Part shown: piece after piece, positions 33,801-42,376 of the stretch
How the letters are laid out: the number at the start of each line of letters is the position of its first letter
Numbering within the stretch: the first letter of the stretch is position 1
Virus record (IMG/VR): IMGVR_UViG_3300017917_000952
Span: 124,001-188,000 of that record
Length of the DNA stretch: 64,000 bases
Direction: 5' to 3' (one strand)
Notes under the pieces: generated by a model
Told to the model about the DNA's origin: nothing
The model's database searches: none
The model's input: only the letters and a program-made list of their open reading frames with translations
Program-made: the position numbers and the translations under genes

Positions 33801-35398
33801 AACAACCTGTTAGTGCAACTTACTACCCTGCGTTTGTTGATTCTAACAACAGTACAGCAGCATATGAAGCACTATACACAACTAGCTCGTTTAGAATTAA
33901 TGCATCAAGCGGTCTAGTAAGTATTGCAAACACACTAACCGCAATACCTAATACTAATCTAACTATTAGAGCACCGGATTATACGAATACATTCGGTGAC
34001 GGTCAGTACTTATACTTAATGGCTGGTCAAGGAAGTACTGCGAACGGAATTGGTAACGGCGGTAACACATATCTACAAGGCGGCCTTGGCGGAACGTCAA
34101 GTGGTGCAGGTGGATCAGTAAACATCTCCGGTGGACTATCATATGGTGGCATCGGCGGCGCTGTTAACATTCAATCCGGTACCGGCCCGTATGCGTCTGG
34201 TGCGATCAACATCACAGTTCCGAGCAATAACTCTGGTTCAACTCAGCCTGGCGGCGCTGTGACTCTGCAAAGTGGTAGTGCTGCAAGCGGTTCGACTAAC
34301 CTCGCCGGTGGTAATATTATTCTTTCTGGCGGATTAGGTACAGGAAATGCCGGAGGCGGTAAACTAGTATTCCATACATATTCTCCAGTAGCATCAGGTA
34401 CAGGTAACGGAACTTTTGTAGGATCGATGTTTGAAGTTAGTAACACCGGTGCTGTTGCGTTCGGTGGTTCAAGCAATTACGGGTCTTCAGGACAAATTTT
34501 ACAAAGTAACGGTAATGCATCGCCTACTTGGGTTAATGCAAGCAGTGTTACTGCCGGTGCCGCAACTCAAGTACGAACAACAGCACAGCCAGTTAGCGGA
34601 ACTTACTACCCGGCCTTTGTTGATAGTAACAATGCGAGCGCGACAGCAGAAACTGTTTATACAACCAGCTCGTTTGCAATTAATCCGGGCACTGGATTAG
34701 TGTCGATTACTAATACTACATCGGCGGTAAACACAGCAGGCTCACATCTAACACTAGCACAGCCAGGTACATCTGGCCAGACTATTATCGGATTCACGTT
34801 TAATGGTGCTCCTAGGGCAAGTATTAGAGCAGATTCTACCAACATGGTGTTTAACACCCAGGGCGGGGATTACTACTTTAATAATGATTTTGGTTCTAGT
34901 AGTGTTATCTTTAGAGCAGTTGGCACAACATTTATAACTGGATCTGCAAGTGGTTCTCAAATTCCTTCTTTAGGAGTAGGAACTGCACCTAGCGGAACAG
35001 CAGGTGAAATTCGTGCAACAAACGAAATTACTGCATACTATTCTGATCGTAGATTAAAAGAAAATGTACAAGTAATCGATAATGCTGTAACAAAAGTTCT
35101 ATCTCTAAATGGTATTACATACACACCGAACGATCTTGCTGCGAGTTTTGGCTACGATAAGAATGTTAAACTTGTCGGTCTATTTGCAGACGAAGTTGAA
35201 GCAGTACTACCAGAAGCAACTAGACCGGCACCGTTTGACCAAGACGAACACGGCAATAGCAAATCCGGTGAAAACTATAAGACTATTCAGTATGAAAAGT
35301 TAGTTCCGTTGTTAATTGAAGCAATTAAAGAACAAGAACGCACTATTCAGTCTCTAAAATCTGAGCTAGATGATATCAAAAAACAATTGGGTAAATAA
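27836..35398 (+). CDS. Giant tail fibre / receptor-binding protein (2520 aa) with C-terminal intramolecular chaperone (peptidase S74-like)
   Basis: N-terminal LQFRRG...EISIDTSTNTLRVH (Mtd-N-like); extensive repeats; C-terminal YSDRRLKENV...GLFADEVEAVLPE...YEKLVPLLIEAIKE. Confidence 0.9.
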   Translation: MTSVLQFRRGNTAQNDAFTGAVAEISIDTSTNTLRVHNAVTPGGTFIMPTLRLTNAERLTTTAQVGQFIYVTDNVSAGVAPTWVGDGVTAGGVVAAGGVVSAASTASNLSAGTAGQIPYQTGPGATSFFGPGSAGQFLLSNGTSAPAFTNTLTYSNGSIRVDGTANATSTSTGALIVAGGIGVAGDVYVGGKIVSQQLEIQLTTVTTTLIQTDDVIKTSNTTAAHNATTGALQIAGGIGVGGSIFVAGNVTATTFFGNLTGTASTATAAATAYSTIGTHTAGTGLSGTTFNGSANVTWTLNTATLMQTAVNLNGGAAGSLPYQSAAGATTFLGIGTSGFVLTSNGSAPTWTALSGLSAGLATTASNIAGGLADQIPYQSAPGQTTFNAALRFNGTTFTTTNIVVSGTTNSLSNTSTQGALLVTGGAAIAKDLFVGGDINLQGNLYLKGAGLDQITGSTGTFDYVSIEGTGTGLTVADGVSIGGDTLITKTTAASSTNTGALQVRGGVGIAGGLVVATVVTATNFSGSLSGGTGGAIVYQSAANTTAFLSTSTTGNFLQGNFNGAPTWTSTGSMYVGSSVFAEDIRGGTNGQIVYQISAGNTGFVGPGTTGNLFISGGGGTPSFLATGAAGTFLGSAGSGSAPVWTTTATMYVQNSNVSTNLRGGVAGQLHYQTAADTSGYITTATTGNFLQANFNGAPTWTSTSSMYVNRATLADSATTATSAGTAYATIGTLTAGTGLTGTAFNGSANQTWTLNTATYMASAVTANNLAAGAAGSLPYQTSAGATTFLGIGTSGYVLTSNGTAPTWSALSGLSAGNATTATNLANGLAGQIPYQSGAGSTTFLGTATTGNFLQANFNGAPLWTSSGTMYVNSAVFAEDLYGGSSGQLVYQSNLNTTAFVTTATAGNFLQANGTNAPTWTTTASMHVGAAVTASKIVGGTDGQLVYQISTGVTGFAGPGTAGQLLVSGGTSAPTYTNTSSIYIQDANVSTNLRGGVAGQVHYQTGANTSGYISTATTGNFLQANFNGAPTWTTTANIYVANAAVSTNLRGGTPYQIPYQTAANTTAFANSGTSGQFWQATTNGAPVWTSTGSMYVNRAVNADNATLAISAQVADEVKTLSRSDNVNRYPTFVFGNNPSLSPEGLYTTGSFYVNAQSGLVNLNSLSVNNTAYSTSSGVSNALYVAGGAFINGGLTVATDAPVLFKGPVTFAGTATYAYSTNTVYTDNILNLHTPPGGVGTAWTLDDGKDIGFVFHYYKSVDKNGFLGLGNDSGYLEWYENGTESGGIFTGTNYGTFKTAAIKLVGGTANAGNTSTGDLTVLGGVGVGGSVYVGGNITVAGTINASITGISTTATNLAGGLAGQLPYQSAAGVTSFITTATTGNFLQANFNGAPTWTSTANIYVNRATLADSATAATTATSAGTAYATIGTLTAGTGLTGTAFNGSANQTWTLNTATYMGSAVTANNLAGGTPYQIPYQSAANTTLFASSGTTGQFWQATTNGAPVWTTTANIYVQNSVLSTHQRGGVGGQLQYQSAVDTTAFVSTATTGNFLQANFNGAPTWTTTANIYVANAVVSTNIRGGTNWQIPYQSAANTTAFANSGTSGQFWQATTNGAPVWTSTGSMYVGRAVIADSASGGSAQVNTVAQPTNFDYFLTFVDANNASAAAEFVYTTSSIYVNPSAGNLRVSGIVTATTFVGNVTGNLTGTASNATTATSAATAYATIGTHTAGTGLSGTTFNGSANVTWTLNTATYMASAVTANNLAGGSAGQFAFQTGAGATSFASTGSMYVGRAVIADSASGGSAQVNTVAQPLSADYFLTFVDTNNASAAAESVYTTSSIYVNPSAGNLRVSGIVTATTFVGNLTGNVTGNLTGTASTATAAGTAYATIAAHTAGAGLSGSTFNGSTAVTWTLNTATYMASAVTANNLAAGAAGSLPYQSAAGTTTFLGIGTSGFVLTSNGSAPTWTALSGLSAGTATTATNADNVRTVQQPVSATYYPAFVDSNNSTAAYEALYTTSSFRINASSGLVSIANTLTAIPNTNLTIRAPDYTNTFGDGQYLYLMAGQGSTANGIGNGGNTYLQGGLGGTSSGAGGSVNISGGLSYGGIGGAVNIQSGTGPYASGAINITVPSNNSGSTQPGGAVTLQSGSAASGSTNLAGGNIILSGGLGTGNAGGGKLVFHTYSPVASGTGNGTFVGSMFEVSNTGAVAFGGSSNYGSSGQILQSNGNASPTWVNASSVTAGAATQVRTTAQPVSGTYYPAFVDSNNASATAETVYTTSSFAINPGTGLVSITNTTSAVNTAGSHLTLAQPGTSGQTIIGFTFNGAPRASIRADSTNMVFNTQGGDYYFNNDFGSSSVIFRAVGTTFITGSASGSQIPSLGVGTAPSGTAGEIRATNEITAYYSDRRLKENVQVIDNAVTKVLSLNGITYTPNDLAASFGYDKNVKLVGLFADEVEAVLPEATRPAPFDQDEHGNSKSGENYKTIQYEKLVPLLIEAIKEQERTIQSLKSELDDIKKQLGK
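32696..33460 (+). repeat. ~260-bp near-identical direct repeat pair (offset 492 nt) in giant fibre gene
   Basis: GGCAGTATGTATGTTGGTCGTGCTGTAATTGCCGACAGTGCAAGT... begins at 32696 and 33188. Confidence 0.9.
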
Positions 35399-35458
35399 CA
35401 CAGCGTCAATATTAGATATGTGTGTTTTACAGGCCAATAAATATCAAGGAGATTAACG

Positions 35459-35659
35459 GTGCCGTCAGTTTTACCAGCAACAGGATCAGCAATAACAATG
35501 GGTAGAGTGTATACTGCTTATACAAACGCTACCCCTACTGCTGGTACCAACGTTAGGCTAAGTGCAACGTTGGGTGCGAACTATGGTGGTAAAGTTGCCG
35601 GCGCACAAATTAGTTTCTCCTCGACGTTTGGTGGTAAGACAGCACCATACACATACTAA
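35459..35659 (+). CDS. Small fibre-associated protein (66 aa, GTG start)
   Basis: AAGGAG SD, late promoter 35436-43; LPATGSAITM N-terminus typical of proteins following S74-chaperone fibres. Confidence 0.6.
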   Translation: MPSVLPATGSAITMGRVYTAYTNATPTAGTNVRLSATLGANYGGKVAGAQISFSSTFGGKTAPYTY

Positions 35660-35671
35660 TATAGGTTTGAA

Positions 35672-36142
35672 ATGAGTTTAGACATTGAACGATTGATTTC
35701 TCTAGCAGAATCATCTCAAGTAAGCAAATGGGAATTAGATAACATAGTTTGGAACGAACGAACTTCTAACCCCGATGTCTTACTTAAATTTTTAAAACGC
35801 ATCCAGTATCTACAATCATTAAGTACATTGGATAACAGCGAACAAGAAGAACTTCGAATTCTTAAAGAACTTGCGTCAGAAATGGATCAGGGCGACTGCG
35901 AAGATTTATTCATTACTGAAGACGAACCTGCAAAACATAGATTTATCGAAAACCTAGCACGTCAGGGCGCATTAGAAACACTGTGTAACAATGCAATTAG
36001 TATTGATACTATGGAAAAGATGTGTAAATTAAGCCCTAATGACTTTATACTTACAGCAAAGCGTAGCCAAGATCTTATCAATTCTATTCAAGAACTGGTG
36101 ATCCAAGGCGAAACATTAAGTAACGACGTAGCAGGCGCATGA
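35672..36142 (+). CDS. Hypothetical protein (156 aa)
   Basis: Helical acidic ORF, ATGA overlap with next gene. Confidence 0.6.
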   Translation: MSLDIERLISLAESSQVSKWELDNIVWNERTSNPDVLLKFLKRIQYLQSLSTLDNSEQEELRILKELASEMDQGDCEDLFITEDEPAKHRFIENLARQGALETLCNNAISIDTMEKMCKLSPNDFILTAKRSQDLINSIQELVIQGETLSNDVAGA

Positions 36143-36792
36143 GTAAAAGTGTATTTGCCTCCAGCCAGTGGAGCCTAAAAAAATCTAAACTGGCAGTTTT
36201 AGTTCCCTGTAGAGATATGTTGCATACAGCATTTGCACAATGTCTCGGCGAACTGATTAAACTAAACACCCAAAATAATATTGACACGCACGTAGTCTAC
36301 GATGCAAGTACTATCTTGCTCACGCAGCGAGAGCGTCTTGCACTAGAAGCAAAGAATATCGGTGCAGAATATATGCTATGGTTGGATAGCGATATGGCAT
36401 TCCCGTCAACAACTGCTCTAAGACTTTTGGGGCATAAAAAATCTGTAGTTGCTGCAAACTATGTGCGCCGCCAGCCTCCATTCAAAGGAGTAGCCTACGA
36501 AAAAATCGGCGACTGGCAGAATCCTTTGCCCTACGAACCACAAGATGATCTAGTAGAAGTTGAAGGCATTGGCATGGGCTGTATGCTGGTTAAGACTAGC
36601 ATACTAGATGAAATTTCTAGACCTTATTTTGAATTTGGTTGGACACCCGAAAGCGATGATTGGTTGGGCGAAGACATGCACTTCTGTCAAAAGATTGCCG
36701 AAGCAGGGCACAAGATCTATGTTGATACTACCCTGAGCATGGAAACACGGCACATGGGTACTTGGGCATTTGGCCCAGACTTAATCAAGTAA
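36139..36792 (+). CDS. Glycosyltransferase family 2-like protein
   Basis: GT-A features: WLDSDM (DxD), GIGMGCMLVK, GEDMHFC. Confidence 0.8.
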   Translation: MSKSVFASSQWSLKKSKLAVLVPCRDMLHTAFAQCLGELIKLNTQNNIDTHVVYDASTILLTQRERLALEAKNIGAEYMLWLDSDMAFPSTTALRLLGHKKSVVAANYVRRQPPFKGVAYEKIGDWQNPLPYEPQDDLVEVEGIGMGCMLVKTSILDEISRPYFEFGWTPESDDWLGEDMHFCQKIAEAGHKIYVDTTLSMETRHMGTWAFGPDLIK

Positions 36793-37230
36793 TTCTAAAA
36801 TTAATTCTAACTTGCCTCGGATAACTTTGTTACCGAGGCTTGTTCTTAGGCCCTGATGTAATGGCTTTGGCCAATTATCATAACTACACCAAGCATATCC
36901 GCAGTGCTCGTCATTTAACTTAGGGACAAATTCGTTCTCAACAATTACAACATAGGTGTTGTATTGAAAATTTTGATCGTTGCTGGTAAACAATTCAAGA
37001 GGAACTGTTTTCTTTACTCCAGGAATTTTGCCAACTTCTTCGTCGGCTTCTCTTTTAAGAGTTTCAAACGGAGTATGGTCTGAAGGTTCTTTTTTACCGC
37101 CAACTAATCCCCAGGTACCTGATGTCCTGCCCTGTGTTCTAAGCAAAAACAAAAAGCGTTTTGTGTCCTTAGCAAGAATAAGGCCACCGCTGGCAATGAC
37201 CTGTTTTGGGTTTAAAGAATGATTCTCCAT
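36781..37230 (-). CDS. Nudix hydrolase
   Basis: Nudix box GGKKEPSDHTPFETLKREADEEVG. Confidence 0.9.
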   Translation of the reverse strand: MENHSLNPKQVIASGGLILAKDTKRFLFLLRTQGRTSGTWGLVGGKKEPSDHTPFETLKREADEEVGKIPGVKKTVPLELFTSNDQNFQYNTYVVIVENEFVPKLNDEHCGYAWCSYDNWPKPLHQGLRTSLGNKVIRGKLELILELLD

Positions 37231-38588
37231 GCGTCTTTATCGTAAATGCCTTCAAAACTCTTGCTCCAAGTTTCTCCATCCCATTTATACTGAACTCCTG
37301 TATAAATGTTAGTTATATAAGTCACCGTAGAGACCCCTTGAGAATTGAAGACCACAGACCATTGTAATCCGTCCCACTCGATAATATCGTTAGCATTTGC
37401 ACTAAAGTCGCTAAGGTTTCCATTTAACCATGCTCTCGGACCATCACCGAAGGTTGCACGTATATTTTCTAAGATAAGATACCTTGTGCCCGGCGCGGGA
37501 GACTCAGGGTTAAATGTTTCAGGATTAATAATTGCATCTACAGTACCACGTCCTGATATAATTGTGTTAGTCGGAATAGTATCAGGATCAACGTTTAACA
37601 CCATTCTACGTTCGTCGAACGGATCGAGGCTAATATAGGCAACAATTTCATTACCGTCTGCCTTCATTAAACGTAGTTGAGATAAGTTGGCTCTAAACTG
37701 GCCAGGATATAAATCTAATAACTTTCTCCATGTAACAGTGTAGTCGGGCATCTCATCTAAATTAGCATCAGTCGCAATATGATTTGTAACAATACTAGCA
37801 ACGTTATCTAATACCATTAGTTCATAGTTGCCGGGAGTAACCACTACTTTGGCTGCATGATCGCCTAGTCCTGAATATACTGCTTCGATACTTTCGTATT
37901 CTGAAGAGATAGTTCCCGGTTCGTTATTAAAGACATTGGCAATAATTTTTGTAATGACACCCATCTTCTTAACTTTAGCAGGCGGTGTGATCCAGATAGG
38001 TGTTTCAAAGGTAAGTGTTAGGATATCGATGTCTTGATTAGCACCTTGAGGAACTTGTCGACTGGTCCAGTTAGTTTGTTTTAGATACAACACAGTTAGA
38101 CTAGTCCAATCGACATAGTTGTCTGTAGTCTGTAATTCCATAGCAGGATTAAAGAAGTAGCTCAATTGCTCAAATATTTGCAACTTCATATCTGTGTTAG
38201 TGGTCCATATATCTGCGTTGAACGTTAATTTATAAGGCGCAGGCATAATACGTTCTACAGTATATCCTAAACCTTGAGTGTTTACATATTCACCGGACTG
38301 GTCGTCGTAGACACGCTCTCTAATCTGTACCTTACTAACAAATGTTGGATCTTGTAATCTTGCCTGCTCATAGTCAAGTCCTTTAATATAGCAGGCAATA
38401 AACGGAGCACTAGGTATAGTATTCTCGCTGTTCTTCTTTAGAATAGCAGAGGCCTGTCTGTTAGGATCGCCGTACATAACAGGTACCTGCTTAATTTTTC
38501 CAGAGCCATCCTTGTAACTAAAGTTACTCATAACTCTCATAAACTGAGTTAGATATCGTCTTATTTGACCGTCGTAGAACCAATCCAT
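37212..38588 (-). CDS. gp15: Tail sheath stabiliser / tail completion protein with C-terminal extension
   Basis: FYDGQIRRYLTQF, VPVMYG, PAPYKLTFNADIWT...QIFEQL..FNP pattern of gp15 family. Confidence 0.75.
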   Translation of the reverse strand: MDWFYDGQIRRYLTQFMRVMSNFSYKDGSGKIKQVPVMYGDPNRQASAILKKNSENTIPSAPFIACYIKGLDYEQARLQDPTFVSKVQIRERVYDDQSGEYVNTQGLGYTVERIMPAPYKLTFNADIWTTNTDMKLQIFEQLSYFFNPAMELQTTDNYVDWTSLTVLYLKQTNWTSRQVPQGANQDIDILTLTFETPIWITPPAKVKKMGVITKIIANVFNNEPGTISSEYESIEAVYSGLGDHAAKVVVTPGNYELMVLDNVASIVTNHIATDANLDEMPDYTVTWRKLLDLYPGQFRANLSQLRLMKADGNEIVAYISLDPFDERRMVLNVDPDTIPTNTIISGRGTVDAIINPETFNPESPAPGTRYLILENIRATFGDGPRAWLNGNLSDFSANANDIIEWDGLQWSVVFNSQGVSTVTYITNIYTGVQYKWDGETWSKSFEGIYDKDAWRIIL

Positions 38589-38589
38589 A

Positions 38590-39804
38590 TTAATTATCCG
38601 CCCTTGGTTTTAGTGCCTTGCTTAGTGCCTGTCGTTCAGGAACAACCTTACCTGAAATAGTTCCAGTATTTGTATTGTTAACAAATCCTGCTTTTTGTGT
38701 TTGCCTAATCGCAGCGCCTTCGAATGCCGTGCCTGGTGCAACATCTTGAGCACCAAACTGGTTCATAGTCATTCTGACACCTTGCTCGTGCATTACCCAA
38801 CGCTTGCCGTCATATTTGAACAATGCATTTGGCAGATAATCTGTTCTTAAATAATATTGACCTTTAGCAGGATTACTAGGAAACTGAATTCCGGAACCAA
38901 ATGGCGCACCATTAGGTGGAACACCATCACCGCCACCTAATCCAACATATATCTTTTTGGTAGGCGTATTCAATACAAAACTTGCATCTACTTTAGCATC
39001 AACATCAATACTAGCATCGAGGTCCATGTTATCAGTTGCAGCAATATCAACTAGGCCGCGATCATCTGTAGGAATAACAAATAAGTGTTTGTCAGTATAA
39101 CCGCTTAATGGTGCATCTGCTTGTGCTTGCTCAATAATTTGATTGTTAATATCGATACTCTTCTGATAAGTAGACAATAGATCCCGTAGAGTACTTCCGT
39201 CGCCCGCACCGCTGTCGGCATCAAGAATCTGTGCAAATTCCTGTGTATCAACTAGAGGTTGACACTTAGCACGTAGTAAGTGAGGATACCATGTTTGACT
39301 AAAACCGTTAGCGGGTCTGCTCACATCAGTTACAACATAAAATCTTTTCAATGCGACCTGTGCATCATCTAAGGCATACTCGTCCTTTAGATGCGGTAAC
39401 TCAAATACATCGCCAGGCATAATTTTACGGCCGATAGTATCTACACAATTTCTTAAATGAAAATGCACCATGATGTTGTCATTATTAAGAAATAAACCAA
39501 ACTGACTTAGGTTAAAATCTAAGTCCTGCATTTGATAGATACCTCTTAAAACATACACATCTGGTTCATAAATTCTATCTCTGTTCTCCATAAACAATAA
39601 GTCCTGAATACCTACTTCGGGTATAGGGTTAGTGCTGTTATTAGGAGTGCTAGGAGTGCTTTCTCCTTCAGCAGGCGCTGTAGTACCTGCATATTTGTGA
39701 ATAAAGATATCAGTTCCGCCGACCTGAAATTCTTCGTTAATTACACGGTCGAGAAACTTGAAATCATTGCCCTTTTCGGGACGGTAAAGAGAAAGTCTTG
39801 GCAT
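38590..39804 (-). CDS. gp14: Neck / head-closure protein
   Basis: gp14-like N-domain (QVGGTDIFIHKY...SQFGLF...PGDVFELPH), next to gp13 and gp15 homologues. Confidence 0.7.
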   Translation of the reverse strand: MPRLSLYRPEKGNDFKFLDRVINEEFQVGGTDIFIHKYAGTTAPAEGESTPSTPNNSTNPIPEVGIQDLLFMENRDRIYEPDVYVLRGIYQMQDLDFNLSQFGLFLNNDNIMVHFHLRNCVDTIGRKIMPGDVFELPHLKDEYALDDAQVALKRFYVVTDVSRPANGFSQTWYPHLLRAKCQPLVDTQEFAQILDADSGAGDGSTLRDLLSTYQKSIDINNQIIEQAQADAPLSGYTDKHLFVIPTDDRGLVDIAATDNMDLDASIDVDAKVDASFVLNTPTKKIYVGLGGGDGVPPNGAPFGSGIQFPSNPAKGQYYLRTDYLPNALFKYDGKRWVMHEQGVRMTMNQFGAQDVAPGTAFEGAAIRQTQKAGFVNNTNTGTISGKVVPERQALSKALKPRADN

Positions 39805-39811
39805 AGTCTTG

Positions 39812-39828
39812 TATTTATTCGCTAAATA
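39812..39828. promoter_or_regulatory. Back-to-back divergent late promoters
   Basis: AATAAATA on - (39812-19) 7 nt from ATG 39804; GCTAAATA on + (39821-28) 5 nt from ATG 39834. Confidence 0.8.
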
Positions 39829-39833
39829 GTGTT

Positions 39834-40592
39834 ATGACTGAGAACGAACTAGAACGCCAACGAGTTATTGACTATTGCAGAACTATGCTAGGTGATGGCA
39901 TGGTTGATGTTGAGCTCGACCCTGCACATTACAACACTGCTATAGACAGAGCATTAGCAAAGTTTAGACAGCGTAGCAGCAACGCAGTAGAAGAAAGTTT
40001 CGGCTTTTTAACTATACAAGTTGACATAAACGAGTACGTTCTTCCAAAAGAAGTCATGAATGTGCGCCAACTTTTCCGTAGAAGTATTGGTAGCAGAAGC
40101 GGCGGCGGAGAAGGCGGTACGCTATTTGAACCGTTTAATCTAGCATATTCCAACACCTATTTGCTGGCCAGTTCTAACATGGGCGGCCTTGCAACTTATT
40201 ATGCTTTTGCAAGTTATCAAAAGCAGGTAGGAAAGATGTTCGGTAGCGATATTAATTTTACATTCAATAAAACTACAAAGGTCTTAACAATAATGCAGCG
40301 CCCCCGCGCTGAAGAAGAACTGTTGTTATGGATGTATAATCACAGGCCCGACTTTAATCTTTTACAAGATCCTCAAGCAGGGCAATGGTTAAAAGACTAC
40401 AGTCTTGCAACCTGCAAGTTAATGCTAGGCGAAGCCCGCGAAAAGTTCAACAGTATTTCTAGCCCACAAGGCAGTACAAGTCTAAACGGTGCAGCACTCA
40501 AGGGAGAAGGCAAGGCCGAGCTCGAAGCACTAGAACAAGAATTGATCAACTACAAAGACGGCGGAACCCCACTTACTTTTGTAATTGGATAA
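39834..40592 (+). CDS. gp13: Neck protein (head-tail adaptor)
   Basis: LGDGMVDVELD...WLKDYSLATCKLMLGEAREKF...LNG pattern of gp13 family. Confidence 0.85.
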   Translation: MTENELERQRVIDYCRTMLGDGMVDVELDPAHYNTAIDRALAKFRQRSSNAVEESFGFLTIQVDINEYVLPKEVMNVRQLFRRSIGSRSGGGEGGTLFEPFNLAYSNTYLLASSNMGGLATYYAFASYQKQVGKMFGSDINFTFNKTTKVLTIMQRPRAEEELLLWMYNHRPDFNLLQDPQAGQWLKDYSLATCKLMLGEAREKFNSISSPQGSTSLNGAALKGEGKAELEALEQELINYKDGGTPLTFVIG

Positions 40593-40594
40593 CA

Positions 40595-41338
40595 ATGACA
40601 AATTTTAAAGAAGACAGTGTCGTACTTGATACGATTAATCCAACTGAGCCAACGTCTTCAACGTTATCAAACGGGCAGGTTATAGATCACAAGTGGTATC
40701 TAAAGGGCGGCGGCAACGATCACTATCCGTATTTTTTAAAAGCAATAGCCGGCACAGGAAAATCTCAGTATAACAGATGTTTTGAGTGGTGTAGCGGCCA
40801 TGGCATTATAGGTTGGGAAATCCTTACAAGAAATCTGTGCAATGAATTGACATTTTCAGATTGCTACGACCTAGCAATAGATACCTGTTTAAAAAATGCA
40901 GTAAAACTAGGGTACCAAAATGTAGTTAGAGGATATGTAACTCCTACAATTACAGGAATTCCTAAAACAGAAAAATGGGACTTAGTTGTAGGTAACCCTC
41001 CTAATTCTGGTGATGCTACTGGGTTCTTAAAGCAACAAGACACAGCAGGACAGCCTCAAGAATTAGTAAATCTAGCAATAAGGATTACTGTAGACCAAGA
41101 CTGGGAAGCACATAAAGATTTTTTTAAAAATATAAGCGACTATATAACAGATGATGCAGATATATTTTTATCCATGCATGACACTATGTTCTTGATGATG
41201 GAAGAAGAAATTTATGGCCCAGAGGGGTTTTATGTAGTATCTATAACTGATTTAAAATCCGACGATGGTGTGTATGTTACGGACCCGGGTTTAAAAATCG
41301 TCCACTTTAAGAAAAAAATCTTGACACCCTCAGTCTAA
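40595..41338 (+). CDS. Class I SAM-dependent methyltransferase (HemK/PrmC-like NPP motif)
   Basis: Motif I FEWCSGHGIIG and motif IV DLVVGNPP. Confidence 0.7.
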   Translation: MTNFKEDSVVLDTINPTEPTSSTLSNGQVIDHKWYLKGGGNDHYPYFLKAIAGTGKSQYNRCFEWCSGHGIIGWEILTRNLCNELTFSDCYDLAIDTCLKNAVKLGYQNVVRGYVTPTITGIPKTEKWDLVVGNPPNSGDATGFLKQQDTAGQPQELVNLAIRITVDQDWEAHKDFFKNISDYITDDADIFLSMHDTMFLMMEEEIYGPEGFYVVSITDLKSDDGVYVTDPGLKIVHFKKKILTPSV

Positions 41339-41349
41339 GATAATAAATT
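41321..41349 (+). promoter_or_regulatory. Sigma70-like promoter TTGACA-17-TAAATT
   Basis: TTGACA 41321-26, 17-nt spacer, TAnnnT 41344-49, upstream of dNMP kinase. Confidence 0.5.
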
Positions 41350-41372
41350 ATAGTATCACGCTAGGGGATGCT

Positions 41373-42044
41373 ATGATTATTGGTTTCGTTGGTTTTATCG
41401 GCAGCGGCAAAGACACAGCCGCAGATTATTTGGTTAATTTTCACGGATTTCGACGAGACAGTTTTGCTAACACACTTAAAGACGCGGTTGCAGCCGTATT
41501 TGGTTGGGACCGCGTTCTCTTGGAAGGGCGCACAAAAGAAGCGCGAGAGTGGAGAGAACAAGTAGACGAGTGGTGGGCAAACAGGCTAGGAATTCCAGAA
41601 CTAACTCCTCGCTGGATTTTACAACGTTGGGGTACCGAAGTTTGTCGTAAGGGCTTTCACGACGATATCTGGATTGCCAGTGTAGAAAATAAGATGCGAA
41701 AAACAACTGACAACATTGTTATCAGTGATGTTCGCTTTCCTAACGAGATTCGTGCGATTCATAATGCAGGCGGGCTTGTTGTTCGTATTAAGCGAGGCCC
41801 TGAACCAGAATGGTATGAAGATGCTGTTAACATGAATGCTGGACGATCAAACATGAGTTGGTTGATGAGTAAAACAAGGATGGAAAGCCTAGGAATTCAT
41901 GCTAGTGAAACAGCATGGGTTGGTGGCGATATTGATCATGTTATCACCAATGACAGTTCTATTGACGATCTGTTCACTCAGATTAGAAATCTGTTACCTA
42001 ACGAGTTACCGTTTGAACAACAGGTAGTGCTCGATCTAATTTAA
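41373..42044 (+). CDS. gp1: Deoxynucleoside monophosphate kinase (T4 gp1-like)
   Basis: GFIGSGKDT P-loop, FANTLKDAV, PRWILQRWGTEVCR, VISDVRFPNE. Confidence 0.9.
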   Translation: MIIGFVGFIGSGKDTAADYLVNFHGFRRDSFANTLKDAVAAVFGWDRVLLEGRTKEAREWREQVDEWWANRLGIPELTPRWILQRWGTEVCRKGFHDDIWIASVENKMRKTTDNIVISDVRFPNEIRAIHNAGGLVVRIKRGPEPEWYEDAVNMNAGRSNMSWLMSKTRMESLGIHASETAWVGGDIDHVITNDSSIDDLFTQIRNLLPNELPFEQQVVLDLI

Positions 42045-42376
42045 AAATCAGGGCGCAGGTCGCCCTGTTTCCATTTTATACCTTCCCGTTGTAGAGTACG
42101 TTGGCAGTTTGCACAGACTGTTTTGAGATTTGTAAAGCGACAATTCGTTAAATTACCGTCTACGTGATAGACGTTGAACACTTCTTCATGCGGCGATTTC
42201 GCTCCGCACTTGTCGCAAATTTTCTTTTTTACATAACCTCTCAATGCCCAAAGAGGTTGCCCTTCTTCCCTATTTCTTGAGCAGTGGTCGCAGACAGACC
42301 TGTAGAACGGCTTGCCTTCTTTGTAGTAATTAATAGCCACTGGTCTTTTTTGACATTTTTTACATAGTTTACGCAT
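42041..42376 (-). CDS. Zn-ribbon HNH-type endonuclease (111 aa; start re-called to ATG 42376)
   Basis: CKKC/CDHC and CDKCG...YHVDGNLTN...NLKTVCANC; late-type GTTAAATA on - at 42409-16 lies inside the longer ORF call, favouring the shorter start. Confidence 0.7.
   Translation of the reverse strand: MRKLCKKCQKRPVAINYYKEGKPFYRSVCDHCSRNREEGQPLWALRGYVKKKICDKCGAKSPHEEVFNVYHVDGNLTNCRFTNLKTVCANCQRTLQREGIKWKQGDLRPDF

Noticed and set aside
27836-35398. Diversity-generating retroelement (Mtd-like N-terminus, repeated DNA)
   Set aside because: No reverse transcriptase in window; differences between repeat copies are mostly synonymous and not adenine-specific; no non-coding template repeat seen.
5459-42044. 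Convergent genes sharing a TTAA double stop (5459-62, 42041-44)
   Set aside because: Common consequence of genome compaction in AT-rich phages; no further signal.
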